DNA of 64,000 bases, from NCBI GenBank assembly GCA_020891255.1, contig BQFW01000012.1, forward strand, positions 1,798,001-1,862,000, read 5' to 3'. Under the pieces are notes generated by a model. It was not told where the DNA came from. It searched no databases and saw nothing but the letters and a program-made list of their open reading frames with translations. This stretch comes from Entomortierella parvispora E1425. Taxonomy: Eukaryota; Fungi; Mortierellomycota. A program made the position numbers and the translations under genes. Within the stretch, counting starts at the first letter, position 1. Each line of letters starts with the position of its first letter. Of the stretch, positions 1 through 13,180 are shown in pieces.

Positions 1-37
<37 letters not shown>

Positions 38-88
38 TGTTAGAGACTGTGCTTGTTGCGGAGGCTGTGCAAAGGGCTGGGTGTACAT
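1..88 (-). CDS. N-terminus of a Gln-rich protein, truncated by the window edge
   Basis: ATG at 88 on the minus strand reads MYTQPFAQPPQQAQSLTQQQQQQQQQQQQ with no stop before base 1. The upstream sequence is CT-rich on the coding strand, like 5' UTRs elsewhere in the window. Function not identifiable. Confidence 0.6.
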
Positions 89-3000
89 GGTTGCGTTTGT
101 AGCAGAGAGAGGCAGTGATGAACGGAAAAAAAAACAACACGGTTTGATACAAAAAAAAAGAGGGCGCGTTTTGGGTATCAAGCAAGGAACTTGTCAACGA
201 GGGCGAAATGAGAAGAGGCAAGGGGGAAAAGAAAGAGTGGGAAGGAAAGATGGGGGAGGAAAACAAGCGGAAAAGGTCAGCGTTATAAAGGGCGCGGGTT
301 GTCCGGTGGCACTCTCCGAGGAGGTTCCTATGTAAAGACGAAAAGTAGCGCTACTCTTTGCAAAGAGAAAGGAAATCGTGCTAGACAGGGGGATAGAGTA
401 GCAGCACTGACAGAGAAAAGAGGCACGCTCAATACACCGCTCGTGCATGTCGGCGGTGATGTTTGTGCCCGTCTCTGCTGTCGCTCACTTTTTCTTTCGC
501 TCATTCTCGTCACTCCCCACTTGCCCACGAAGGTTTAGCAGTCCACCAATGATCTGCAGTGGCCATGAAGTGGGACTCAAAACGGCCATGGTGGGAGAAA
601 GAGAAGATAAACCAGCTGCCTTTTCCGTGGAGGAACTGCAAATCTCACATTCAACACTGCACGCGCTCTCAGATTTTTGTGTGTATGTTTGTGTGTGTTG
701 TCTGTGTGTGTCGTGGGTTGTGACTCTAGTTTAATTGACTACATCCAATTGACTACTGAGTACTCGAGAACGGAGGCCACATCCGTGATTTTGATTTTGA
801 TTCTCGCCGCCAAGCCGTCCCCAATCAAAGAGGCGTTGGAATGAGCGAACATTCATCGCTAATTCGGTACTTCTGAAAACAGTACAGTATTGTACAGTAC
901 GTCTTTTATTCTGTCCGTCAGAAAAACCCAAGCTGTGGCGTTGCAGGGGCGAGGGCAGGTCCTCAACACCAGAATATCTAATCGGCGAACACCCAAGTAT
1001 TCCAATGAATATCAACGAGGTGTCGAAAGCCGACGAATCTTGTTGGTGCCACACACGCCTCCTCTCCACCCCTTTCAATTCTTTCTGTGTTTCCTTCCAA
1101 GACCAGTGCGCCCGAGGGTCATTTAGGCCCTGCGTTCATTTCCCTCTCTTCTTGTTTGGATAGCTCACAAAAATTGTCATTTTTACATTTGGGCTTTTGC
1201 GACCTTTTTTTCTATGTTTCTGGATCTGTGCTGGCGATGGGACTGTAACCATGTCGGGATCGCGATCCGGTGGTGTTGTTGAGCCATCTTTGAACGTAAA
1301 CTACTGTACACAAGAAACAAAAAGAAACTCAATGCCTGTCAAACACATATTCTCATCGGCGGTGCATCGCAATTATTTTTTTGTTTCTTGTAATGCACGC
1401 ACGACTAACAGGACCTTTTGGGGGGATCGTGCCTGATAGGTAATTAATCAATATTCCACCCCGCATTTCAGTTGCCTGCACATGTACGTCGACCAGTGAT
1501 CCACCCCCGCCTACCCCAAGTCCCTCTAATTTTTTGTTTTTCTTTTTCACCGATGAGCAAAATAAACACCCTCCACTGATGCACGACATTCCATGGTCGG
1601 ACAGAAAACGAACAAAAAAAAATCCTCCTCTGTGTAAATAACGAAAACGTGCCATCCCCAAAGGGCGTAAATAAAGAAGCACCACTGTACCGCCGAATGA
1701 GATGGTGATGAGCAATTGAATGGAAAAGGGGGTACCTTCTTCTCTTCTCCTCTGGAACCGACCAACTGTGAAATGCATGAAATGGCTCCCAGAGAATGTG
1801 TTTGTGGATTGACTTTATCACGTTCTCAATTCTCAGCAGATTTTCTTTATTTTTTCAAATGTTTCTAAAACCTTCAAAGTCGACCAGTGCGGCAAGGTTT
1901 GAGAGTCCGGGTTACCAGAGTAGGGACTTTGGAGCCGTGGTGCCTGCTGCTGGTGAGAGACCTGCTCTATAGAAATGTAGCCAGCAGCAGCTGATGGCCA
2001 GCGTTGGAGAGGTGGCAGAGCAGGGACGGGCAACTCCGCTGAGAATTTTTATTTGTTCGTACTGGCTGGCCGTTTTTTTTTCTTGGTTCAAACGAAGGCC
2101 CGACCCCCCCCCCTACATGGTTATGGTTCATACCCTTCGCTCTGCTGATTGGCGCGATGGTCTGACCCAGTGCTTTGGAACCAAACGAACACAGAAAACT
2201 CAGAGAACAAACAAAAGATAAAGGGACAAAAACAGTGGCCCCGTCGTTTCTTGGCAATATCACTTTCTACATATCCCATCTTCATCATGATGCTGTTGCT
2301 CATCAAGGTGCCAAACCCTTGCATGCAATTGGGCCGTCAAAAAATGAAGGCAAAGGCCCCAGGACTCCAAAAAGGCGTTTTGGCTTTAGGCTCCATAATC
2401 AACTCCAACTTCGCCCTCGCCGAATTAACCATCCACATCCAAGAGTCTTGGCAAAAAATCGGGGATGTGATACTAACGGCAATCGTACGCCAAAAGAAAC
2501 AGAGAGCTCGACGCCCCGCAGTAATGTTATGATTTCAATGCCAAGAGAGCAACGTGGTGGAGGGGAGATATTTTCCACTTGTCGTTATGAATATTCGCCC
2601 TGTCCCTGACATGGTATTTCGCTGATCTCTTTACGGGCAAAAAAAAAAAAAAGAAACAGAAACGTTCAAAGAGGATTATGAGTGGATCGTAAACCATCAC
2701 GGGTACAACAAAACCAAAAAAGGGAGACACACGACGGCCTCTCCCGCGCACCAAGAGAAGAAAGACACGTCGTTTATCTTTTGGTCACGTCGGGCGGGTG
2801 ATCCGTTTCTTGCGAACACGCAATCACCAGTGTCGAAGATAAATGACAAACGTAAATCTCGTGGGTAAGGCCGCGGAAGGTCTTCCCGTTGGTATTCTTT
2901 ATCTTTTTTTTTTTTTTTTTTTTTTTTTTGGGAACTGGTTCTTCGTACATGCCAAGAAGTAAAAATCTAGCCAACCAACCGCCACCTCTTCTTTTTCTGT

Positions 3001-3591
3001 GCCTGAAATCATTTCAACTTTCCTGAGAAGTTGATAATGGGCAGATTGGTTTCCCTTTTCTTTTAGACTGGCAAAGGGGCTAAGACTCGCGACAGGTGGC
3101 ATTGCGCGATTCTATCGTTTCTGTTCATCTCTCTATCCACAACGACGCACATCCACCCATACGCACATCCACCCACATAAAGAGGGTGTCCCAAAAAAAC
3201 AACATCATCGACCAGCAAAGAAGGCACTGAGCAATTTGTTCAAGGTTAAGGTTTTTACCAGGCTCCACTGCCTTTGTGGAAACGCGCAACAGTGCGAGAG
3301 CAAGGAGAGGTGAGCCAGCAAAAGAGTAAAGAGAAAGAGAGAACGAAACAAAAGAGAGGGTGCAAGAGTGCTGTGTAACCGTGGGCTGTCGCCTGTGTGC
3401 TCTGCAAGAGATGATCGAGTGTCAACACTGGGATTGAACAAACAGGAATCGACCCAGTTGATACAGTGCCTTTTTTTCAATTACCAGCAGTTGCCGACAA
3501 AAACAGGGGAGAGAGCACATCGTGGCAAAATCGCGCTGCAGTTCGTGTAAGGGCAGCTAGGGTAACAACAACAGCGAGGTTCTCACCTTCC

Positions 3592-3619
3592 AGATTCACG
3601 TGATATATCACGTGAATCT
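3592..3619. promoter_or_regulatory. Perfect 28-bp palindrome with two CACGTG E-boxes, upstream of CBF5
   Basis: agattcacgtgata|tatcacgtgaatct is its own reverse complement and lies about 275 bp upstream of the CBF5 ATG. The sequence is certain; the regulatory role is inferred. Confidence 0.55.
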
Positions 3620-3894
3620 ACTCGGCTATTAAGGGTTAGTGACTGCTACAAATGTTTTGATTTTTTTTCTTTTTTTTGTGTTGTCTCTTGCAGTGGGCAG
3701 GCGATTGAAGAAACAAGAAGGTCCATGGGAGATCAAGATCGCATTACTCTCTTTTGTTCATTCACCACCAACCAACATCCTTCGGAAACTGTACTCGGCT
3801 TTTTACGATTGAAAGTTCGACGCAGCTACTAAGGGCAGAGAATTCAAACAGAGACTATATCATACCTACCTCACACACTACACTCATTCACATC

Positions 3895-5598
3895 ATGTCC
3901 AAGAACATTGAAGAGGCTCAGCGCTCCGGCGACTTTGCCATCAAGCCCGAGGCTGCTACCCCTACCTTGAACACTGCCGACTGGCCCTTGTTGTTGAAGG
4001 TGCGAAATTGGTCGTGGCTCTTACTAGTCAAACTGATCGGAGCACTTTAATCCTTTTGCGCTGGGATTTTGACAAATATCCTCCCTTCTTGTTGACATGT
4101 CTGACTAACAACCTAACAATCCCTGCCTCTATCACACCAACAGAACTATGACAAGCTCAACGTCCGCACTGGTCACTACACCCCCATCCCCAGCGGTTGC
4201 TCTCCTTTGAGACGTGAGCTCGCTGAATACGTCAGGTATTGATCTTGGAAGACTTTGGGATGCCGGGCAACCGATCGTCATAATAATGAGCCAGGACCAA
4301 CTGACTGACCCATTGCAAAACAACATAGATATGGTGTCATCAACTTGGACAAGCCCGCTAACCCCTCCTCCCACGAGGTTGTCGCCTGGGTCCGTCGTAT
4401 TCTCCGTGTTGAGAAGACTGGTCACTCTGGAACTCTTGATCCCAAGGTTACTGGATGCTTGATTGTCTGCATTGACCGTGCCACTCGCTTGGTCAAGTCC
4501 CAGCAGGGTGCCGGTAAGGAGTACGTCTGCGTTCTCCGTCTTCACGATGCCATTGAGTCTGAGAAGAAGCTCGCCCAGACCCTCGAGACCTTGACCGGTG
4601 CTCTCTTCCAGCGCCCCCCTCTGATCTCGGCTGTCAAGCGTCAGCTCCGTATCCGTACCATCCACGAGTCCAAGTTGATCGAGTTCGACAACGACCGCCA
4701 CTTGGCTGTCTTCTGGGTTGCTTGCGAGGCTGGTACTTATATGCGTACGATGTGCGTGCACATGGGTCTCTTGCTCGGTGTCGGTGGACACATGCAGGAG
4801 CTCCGTCGTGTCCGCTCTGGACACATGGGCGAGGAGGATGATATTGTCACCATGCACGACGTTTTGGATGCTCAGTGGATGTACGACAACACCAAGGATG
4901 AGTCTTATATCCGCAAGGTCGTTCGCCCCTTGGAGACTCTCTTGACCACCTACAAGCGTGTTGTTGTCAAGGACAGCGCTGTCAACGCCATCTGCTACGG
5001 AGCCAAGTTGATGATCCCCGGTCTCCTCCGTTACGAGTCTGGAATTGAGGTCAACGAGGAGGTTGTTTTGATGACCACCAAGGGAGAGGCCATTGCTTTG
5101 GGTATTGCCCAGATGACCACTGCCGTCATGGCCACCTGCGACCACGGTGTTGTCGCCAAGATCAAGCGTGTCATCATGGAGCGTGACACCTACCCCCGTC
5201 GCTGGGGATTGGGACCCAAGGCCCAGGAGAAGAAGAAGTTGATCAAGGATGGCAAGCTCGACAAGTTCGGCCGTACCACCGAGGAGACCCCCGAGGGCTG
5301 GAAGAAGGGCTATGTCGACTACAACCGCGAGGACCCCGCCGCCCCCGCCGCTGTTGCCGTTGCTGCCCCTGTTGCCGTGAAGGAGGAGGAGAAGAAGCGC
5401 AAGGCTGCTGACTCTTCAAGTGAATCTGACTCTGAGAAGAAGGAGAAGAAGGACAAGAAGGAGAAGAAGGAAAAGAAGGAGAAGAAGAAGGTCAAGACTG
5501 ACGAGGAGGAGTCTGACAAGAAGGAGAAGAAGGCAAAGAAGGAGAAGAAGGACAAGAAGGAGAAGAAGAGCAAGAAGGCTGACTCTGACTCTGAGTAA
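3895..5598 (+). CDS. CBF5: H/ACA snoRNP pseudouridine synthase (dyskerin/Cbf5)
   Basis: Exons 3895-3999, 4144-4235, 4329-5598. Motifs [13 protein letters not shown] and [12 protein letters not shown] (catalytic Asp), a PUA domain ([10 protein letters not shown]) and a KKE-repeat tail. Confidence 0.98.
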
Positions 5599-6164
5599 GC
5601 CTCTTGTTGCCAAGTCCAGAACAGGTTACCCCAGACCATCCCCCATGTTACATTAGTTTTTTTTACCACACTTTACCATAGTTGCATCTGTCAGAATGAA
5701 ATACAAAAATGACAATCCAAAAAAAAAAAAAACTGAAGGGAACAACAGCTTGAGAATGAGAACAGCTTGAGAATGCGCCACCAATCCACGCGTCCCAGCA
5801 GTCCTGCGCCCCTTAACTCCACCCAAACAACGCCATGCCAGCCCAGAGGCCATTTGATCAATTAATCCATCCATCCGTCCCTTCCTCACTCCACCTGTAC
5901 ACTCGAGTGGCACGCCATTCGTCTGTTCCCTTCCTCCGCCCTCTCTCCGCCCTCTCCTTTATTGCTCCTGGACCCTCAGTCTGCCCCATCCCATCCGTCC
6001 ATAGAGCCTATAGCGCATCACCTGGAACGATCGAGGACCCACGCCTGGTAATTCAGGAACCCAGTCTTTTCTGACATGACACGATCTACCCGCTTGCAAC
6101 GTGCTAACACGCGCAATTGTCTGTATTCAACAGGACAAGTCTTCTTGCCTTATAGACTGCCAAT

Positions 6165-9100
6165 ATGGAGCCACAATGGTCGCCGGTTTTCGAGAATCTC
6201 TTGAGGGACATTCAAAGCGCCACGCGTTCTGATTCGCGCGAGTTTGTATACAGCGTTCTTCGCGAGATTGAGGCCCAAAAGTCTGCCATTCATGCAGCGC
6301 TCGAAGTGCCCTCGCCTAATGCTGCCCACAGAGCACAACTGAAGCTTGGTGAGTCAACGGGTTGCCTTTTCCATGGATGGTCTCATGGACAGCTTGGAGC
6401 AGCACCCATACTGATATATCACATATGCTTTCGTAGGATCTCCTGTTATCGGAGGCAAGGTTCGAACTGTGAACGAGCAGTTTATCTCGGATGCTATTAT
6501 TCTGTCTGACCAGCTGGAGATGGACGAGTACGCGGTTTCTTGCCTTCTCCAGTATGGAATCCAGGAGCAGGCTAGATTTGATAGGAGCGCTGTTGACACC
6601 TCCATTATTCTGTTCCACCGCGAGAGAATCGCGCTGCTCGACATTATTTACAACATCCTGGATACCTCATGTACTTGGGAGACTCCTTCTGAGTTCAGCA
6701 AGGCCATTACACCTTTCAGGGATGAACTTCTTTCTACTGCACACGGAAACCTGGCTAAGAAAGCTCTCACTCGCATTGAGTCCACAGACAACAAGGCAAG
6801 AGTGCTACGGGATTCGCTCACGGAGACTTCGGCATTGGTGGCGCAGCTTGGAATCACCATCAACGAGCAAAGACTGGACTACCTCAAGAAGGAGCGATCT
6901 CTTTTGGCCACCATCCTATTTGCGATCGCCCATTATCACGAACTGTCCAATCCTGATCTAAAGGCGACTATCACCACTTTAAAGAAGATGACGCTGACAG
7001 ATCCTGTCGCGATCCACCTTACTGTCGCTGTCATGGCAGCATTCGAAGTCTCGGAGCAACATATGCGGATCCGTGGGAAGGGCGAAGACGAGTTCCCCGC
7101 CTACATGAAGCAAGAGTCTTTCCTAGCAGAGTACGCTCGGTTTATCTCAGAGAACAACTGGTCGGTTCCGGCCATCAAGTCAACTGTCATGTTCCAGTTC
7201 TGTCTTTGCATCGGGAATGTTTACAATGGCAGGAGGGACGGACTCACCGAGGATGAGCTTCAATCAATCATGGAGAAAACAGTTTCATCCGACGCCTTCC
7301 AATTCATCGCCAACTATATTCTGGGCTTTAAATCTCAGGTTGTCGTTACAGGAAAGCCATTCGAGGTTCCACTGGAGATGTCATCCTCATCTCTTGGTAT
7401 CGTGGACCAAAACGCAGACGGCTTTGATACGACCATTGGAAAGCCAGTTCCAGCCCATATGTCCGTTGTGATGCAGGACGGCATTTACTCTCTCCTGGAG
7501 ATGTCTATTCGCAATTTCATCAACACTATGCTGCCTCTCCTCCGAAAGATCAAGCACAAGGAAGAGGATGCCGCCATTCACCAGACCTCATTTAGGCAGT
7601 CTCAGTCACAGTCAACATCTCTGACTACCCGAAATGACCTCGAGGCTCTCTTCACCGTGATCGCTCTCCTCTTCAAGGATCGCCCTGAGGCAGGAATCAA
7701 CTTTTGGCCTAATAACGACGATCGTCTCTACCGATTCCTCAAGTGGGGTGTGGATTGCAAAAACACAGCGCGTGCCTTTTTCGACATGCTCGGATCGCTC
7801 GCCACTGGCCCCCAGTGCGCACATTACGCGTACGAGTTCTTGAAGAGTAACGGAGGACGCTATGGTACACAGAGCTCATCCTCAATTCCCAACACACTTT
7901 GCTCATGGCCAAAGCTCTTTGAGGCCATCAAGTTCTATACCGAGACTTTGAATGCTGCTACAGCAACAGGAAGGCCCGTCGAGAAGATCAGACCAGAGGA
8001 GGAGGCGCTCTTGAAGTCGTTTTTGCACCTCTTGTACATCGTTGCAAGATATTCTGCTGTCGCTCGATCCACCTTGATTGACTCGAAGCAGTACCAGGTG
8101 ATCGACACTCTCTTCCGATTCTTTATCTGTTCCATCTCTGTCGAGCTGAAGGCTTCTATTCTCAACACCATTGCCGCCTTTGGAACACCAAGCGCCATCG
8201 GAAACGATACTTCTGGAACTGTTTGGGAGTACCTTGAGCATGCCAGAATTTTGCCAAAGAAATACAGTGCTTTCCAGCCCGAGCAGCCTTCTGCGATTAA
8301 CGACAAGACCGTTGCCACCACTGCACCTCGCCAAGACAACGAAAGCCTCGATGCAGGAATTGGATTTGATTTGGAGGAGATCGAGGCAGCCAACGAAACC
8401 TACCCAGAGACCATTGCTTTCACGCGTCTTTTGAGCAGCCTTATGCAGGTGCCATTAAACCCCGAGGACTTCCTCTCAGGTGGCTCGCCTACCATCCCTG
8501 CGCAACTAGGAGCAAGCTATCGCCAACCCGGAGTGATCCCGTATGCAAGATTTGTCTTGGATGTGATCTTTGTCAAAGCACTTAAGCGCACCTACCGTGT
8601 TGCCAACGAAAAATGGGAGGTTATCGATGCATGCTTGACATTCATGGAGCGCTGTCTCTTGTCGTTTGATATCAACTCCTACATCCTTGGAGGTACTCTC
8701 GGAGGTGAACAGGACAGGAGCACCATCGAAGACAGGAAAAACAACGCCATTCGCGCCTCTCTTCATCCAGCATACGAGATTTTGACCCGACTGCTCTCAG
8801 GAGACGACGTACTTAAGGAGATTTTCAGAATTATCGGCACTGGTGTCAGTACACTCAACCGAGACCACGAGACGACCCCTCATCTCAAATCTTCAATCTT
8901 GAGATGTTTCAGGATCTTGACGAAGACCATGCAGGTACAGGATGTCTTTATGGAGTACATTGTTCAGGTACTTCTGACAACCTCCGCAAGGAACATCAAG
9001 CTCTCATCATTGGCCCCAATGGAGCAGCATCTGCAATACAGTCGGGATACAATTGTTGACATTGCTTGTTACATTAACTGCGATGTCAGCAAGGAGATTT

Positions 9101-12100
9101 GCTCCCTCACCATCGAAATCATGGACCGACTCTCAGCTTCGCCACTCTTTGCAAACGGTGTGGCTCATGGCGGCAGGGCGACAAACGGATTGGTTCTTCA
9201 ATTCGAGAACAATCCCCGATCCAACCAGATTCTCTATGGCTTTGCGCAAAAGCTGGAGGTTGAGGATGATGAACAAACGGCAGAGTTTGGAGCCAGTCTT
9301 TCGGATACAGTCATGGCCGTGGATGGCCCAGACTCACAGAACTTGGCCCAGAAGAAAGCCGTCTTGGCAGCCCCAGCCATTACCAATTCGACCATTCGAC
9401 TTCAGATTATGAGACTCTTGCTGGATAACCTTGACGACTCCAGAAGCGGACCTACGATTGCTCACTTCCTGCTCGGATATCCCACGGAGTCTCGCATCAC
9501 CAGGGCCGAGAACGTGGACGTCCTTTCTAACATGACCATGCTGACTGCTCTTCATGTCACTTTGGACCTGCTGAGGAGAGGAATGGGCGACCAGGACCTC
9601 GACAGTGCCACAGCACTCAGTCCTCTCTATATCACCCACCCCCAGCTTGCCGAGAAGTGTCAAGAGCTTATTTATCGCCTTTGCTCTGATGCTCAAACTT
9701 CGACGACCACAATGCGTTATCTCCGCAACCAGGAAGCTTTCTTTTATAGACACTTGCGAGCATTGCCAACACGTTTTGAGGCAGGACTTGAGGGCAACCA
9801 TGGAACCTTGCGACGTCTTGATGGCTCTACTTTCAGAGCCAACTTCCTCAACCTGCTGTCTCAGCTCTATCAGCGGTCGTGGGTTATGCGTTCTTCAGCG
9901 CTCGAGCTCCGTGCAGCTTGCGACGGAAACCAACGTCAAGAAGCAGTGAGCTTGCTTTCGCTTCTCTACAGCAACACAGACACCTCCCGGTCTGCTAACG
10001 AGGACGATTTCATGTACGCACTTTCGAGGGGCAGGAACGGAAACCTTGTCCAGCCCCGCATCAAAATCCTTGAGTTGCTGGACTCTCTCGATTTTACTTG
10101 GGATGATGAGCTGAAAATCAAGGACCTTGACCGTTACTACTTTGCCGATGTCTCTGAGGATGCCTGTGTGGAAAAGGACGAGTACAACGTGGAGCTTTTC
10201 AACATCCGTAGAGTTTTCGCTCTCCTGCTGACCCGGAAATCGAGGTTGGAGAATGAAAACTTGATTTCAGGTTCAGGCCACAGAGCAGCAGCGCACGCAG
10301 AGATGGATGCTATCTTGGAGCTCTGCCTGGCTAAGAATCACGCCCGCCGACTTGAAGCAGGAAAGAGGACCGCATTCGAGGCTTGGCGCGAGCTTGTGGA
10401 GATTACTCTTGGACCAGGATTCGACTTTTTGAAGGTGGAGCAACGTGAAGTCATGTTGTACGACATACTGGATGCTGTCCTGGCTAAGCTTCAAGGCGAA
10501 TGTCCAGCAGATATTGCTACCATCCTGAGCAAGGTTGCACTGTCTGTACTTCAGCGCCTTCGTTCAGATCATTTCCGTCAGTTTATTTTCCAGGCCACTT
10601 CCACCGATCCATCCGAGATCAACGCACGACTTCCAGCTCAGCGACTTCACCGTGTTGCACGAAGCATCATGGCATGTATCCTTCGTCCTGGCACTTCTCA
10701 GTCTCGATGCAATTTGTACTCGACCTTGGTCAACTACTTCCAGTACACTCGGTCCGAGAGCGACAGTCACCGAAGTTCCAAGGCCACCCTTGCAGGTCTC
10801 TCAACAGAGGGAGAAGTTAACGAAGCGATTTTGAGTCGGGGCGACAAGGACGTCCGAGAAGCTCTTGAGCTGCGCAACCAGGTTTTGGTGGCAGAAGCTG
10901 GCGATCGATTGTTGGAGGTCGTGTGCAAGGATGCATCGGATGTGGATCAAGTCTGCAAGATTGCTGCTTTCACGCTTCTGAATACTCTTTACGGGCTCTT
11001 TGAGAAGGAGGCTACGAACCGTGTGTTGGTGCACTTGGTCCAGCGCAACTATCTTAAGCACTTTATTGAAATCATGGCGCGTGAGGATTTGGAGTTGCAG
11101 GCCTGTGTCAAGGGTCGATTGAGCCGGGTGCCTATTGTGAGCGAAACTAGGATGACCTTGTTCCTGAGAATCGCCCAGCGTAGGGATGGAGCGGAGCAAT
11201 TGTTGGAATACGGATTCTTTGATGTCTTGACCAACTCGTCTACTGTCATTGACATGCGGACCAATTTGAACGTCACCGGTAAGTGTTTTCTGTCAATTAT
11301 TCTTGTTGCAGCGATGGTTTCAAACGGCGATGTTGTCTAACTCAATATTCTTTCTTGCAAATGTCGCAACTAGACTTTGGCCCATTCGAACAAACGGAAA
11401 GCAACCGGTATCACAACATTGTTTACCCTATCTTACAGGTTGCTGTGGCTATTTTGGCCAATCTCGGCCGTAACCATCGCATTGCTACCAGCAAGGTAAA
11501 TAATAGCGCTTGGAGGCCTTTCTACAGCCTTTTCGATATTGAGGAAAAACCGATATTAACGATAAATGACTTCCATCGTGTTAGGCCGAGCTTTTCGTTA
11601 CGAGCCACCAAGACACCTTTGCCTCTATCCTTCGAGATAATGATTTCCCAACCACGATCAACTCTCTTCGGGAGCTTCGAGCTATAACTGCATTCGTAAA
11701 CCAGCTTGCTGGTCATATTGCAAGCAAGGCAACGGTGAGTTGCTTACCTAGTACAGAAAGCGATATGTTATTTTTCAAACGATGCATTTTACTGATTGTT
11801 TTATTCGCGGTAATAGACGGCATCGTCAGTGTTTGGGTCGTTGCACAGTCTTGTGTTGGCGCTGATTCCAAAGTACTTTTCTGTTGACCTCTGGGCCCTG
11901 TCATTGCAGCCAGTCAGCGATTCCGAAATGTTGATGGCAAGCATTCTGGCACCCTCTTTGACTGCGAAGGCCGGAACGACGCTATTTGAGCGCGATGCCA
12001 AGAGCCTGGCAAGAGATATCTGCAAGAACCTTTTGTCTTACTGCCAGATCAGTACTGACGCTGTGGACCGCACTGGTACGTTGTTGTATTATGATGAACG

Positions 12101-13180
12101 ATAGTAGTATTTACAAGATCTTAACACCCATATATTCTGTTGGTTGCAGCCGCGCAGTCATTTACGCCTTTGTTTACATGGAATATCACGAGCATGCCCA
12201 GTGTTCATGACGTCAATGCTGTGCCTTCAATGGCCACGCTGACTAGCTATATTAGTCGCACGACAAGTGAGGTGCAGGACGCTCTCCTTAGACGCCAGAC
12301 TCAGTTGTTGAAGCTGCAAAATATTGCTGCGTTGACTCCTGAGGAAAAGCAGGATATCCTCGAGGCCTCGGATGAAGACTATCTGGATGATCTGGCGGCA
12401 ATTCAACGGGATCAATTAGCTGTGCAGGTTTTGCAAAAGATGTTGGTGACATCGACCCAGGAGGTCATGTCTGCTCTATGTAAGTGGGGTCATTGCGGTA
12501 ATGTTCGATTAAGGTTGGGTGTGCAAGAAGCAAGCAGGGGAGCTCATATCATTTCATATTCCCCATTTGATTTCCTGTCATTAGTTTTGCTGGAAACTTC
12601 CCTAGTCTTGTTCTGGCGTCACCTGGATTACTATCTCTCACAGTACCCGGGCATGCTGGACAGCACGGTGGGCACTCAGCCAGGCATGGGATCCTCTCGC
12701 TTTGGTCATAGTGGTCGCTTGAGTTTGAATGGCTTTAATGGTGCATCTCAAGCCCTCACGGAGTTTGGTACATCGAGCCAGCTCGGCCAGAGTCAAAATG
12801 CAAGCCAGAGTCAACTCTCAAAGAACTTCAAGCCCACGCTCGTGGAGGCCCAGGGGTTGAAGAGGGATGCTAGCCATGTGATCAAGCCAGTTCTGGATGG
12901 TATCTTGGGATTGGAACTTGTAAGTAAAATGCTGGCTTCCCGTCGGCTAGCTTGTCATTTCTCTGGATAATGTGGATAGAGGACCCTCCCCCTACTTCCC
13001 TTCCCTTCCCTTCCCTTCCTCCCTTCCATCCCCCCCTGCATGTGCTTTTTCATGGTTGGAAACTAATCATGTTGATCATCCCGCGACTGTATTTCCGAAT
13101 CTTTTTAGGATGAAAGCTCGAGGAGCAGCTTTATTCAACTGTTGACGGGACGAATTCGGGCCCTGGTTGAGCGCAATTAG
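6165..13180 (+). CDS. NUP192: Inner-ring scaffold nucleoporin Nup192/Nup205
   Basis: Exons 6165-6348, 6437-11278, 11374-11495, 11585-11734, 11817-12075, 12150-12479, 12585-12919, 13109-13180, spliced in frame. About 2000 aa helical protein with Nup192/205-like segments (CSWPKLF, SVELKASIL, DLEEIEAANETYPETIAF, PAQLGASYRQPGVIPY). Confidence 0.88.

Noticed and set aside
89-3590. Hidden gene or ncRNA in the 3.8-kb divergent intergenic region
   Set aside because: ORFs are short and unrecognisable, and no tRNA, snRNA or 5S signatures were seen. Only a 15-nt direct repeat (3145-3159, 3161-3175) and a T-run were found.
4132-5669. Long antisense ORFs (337 aa, 116 aa) over CBF5
   Set aside because: Shadows of strong codon bias and the KKE repeat on the sense strand.
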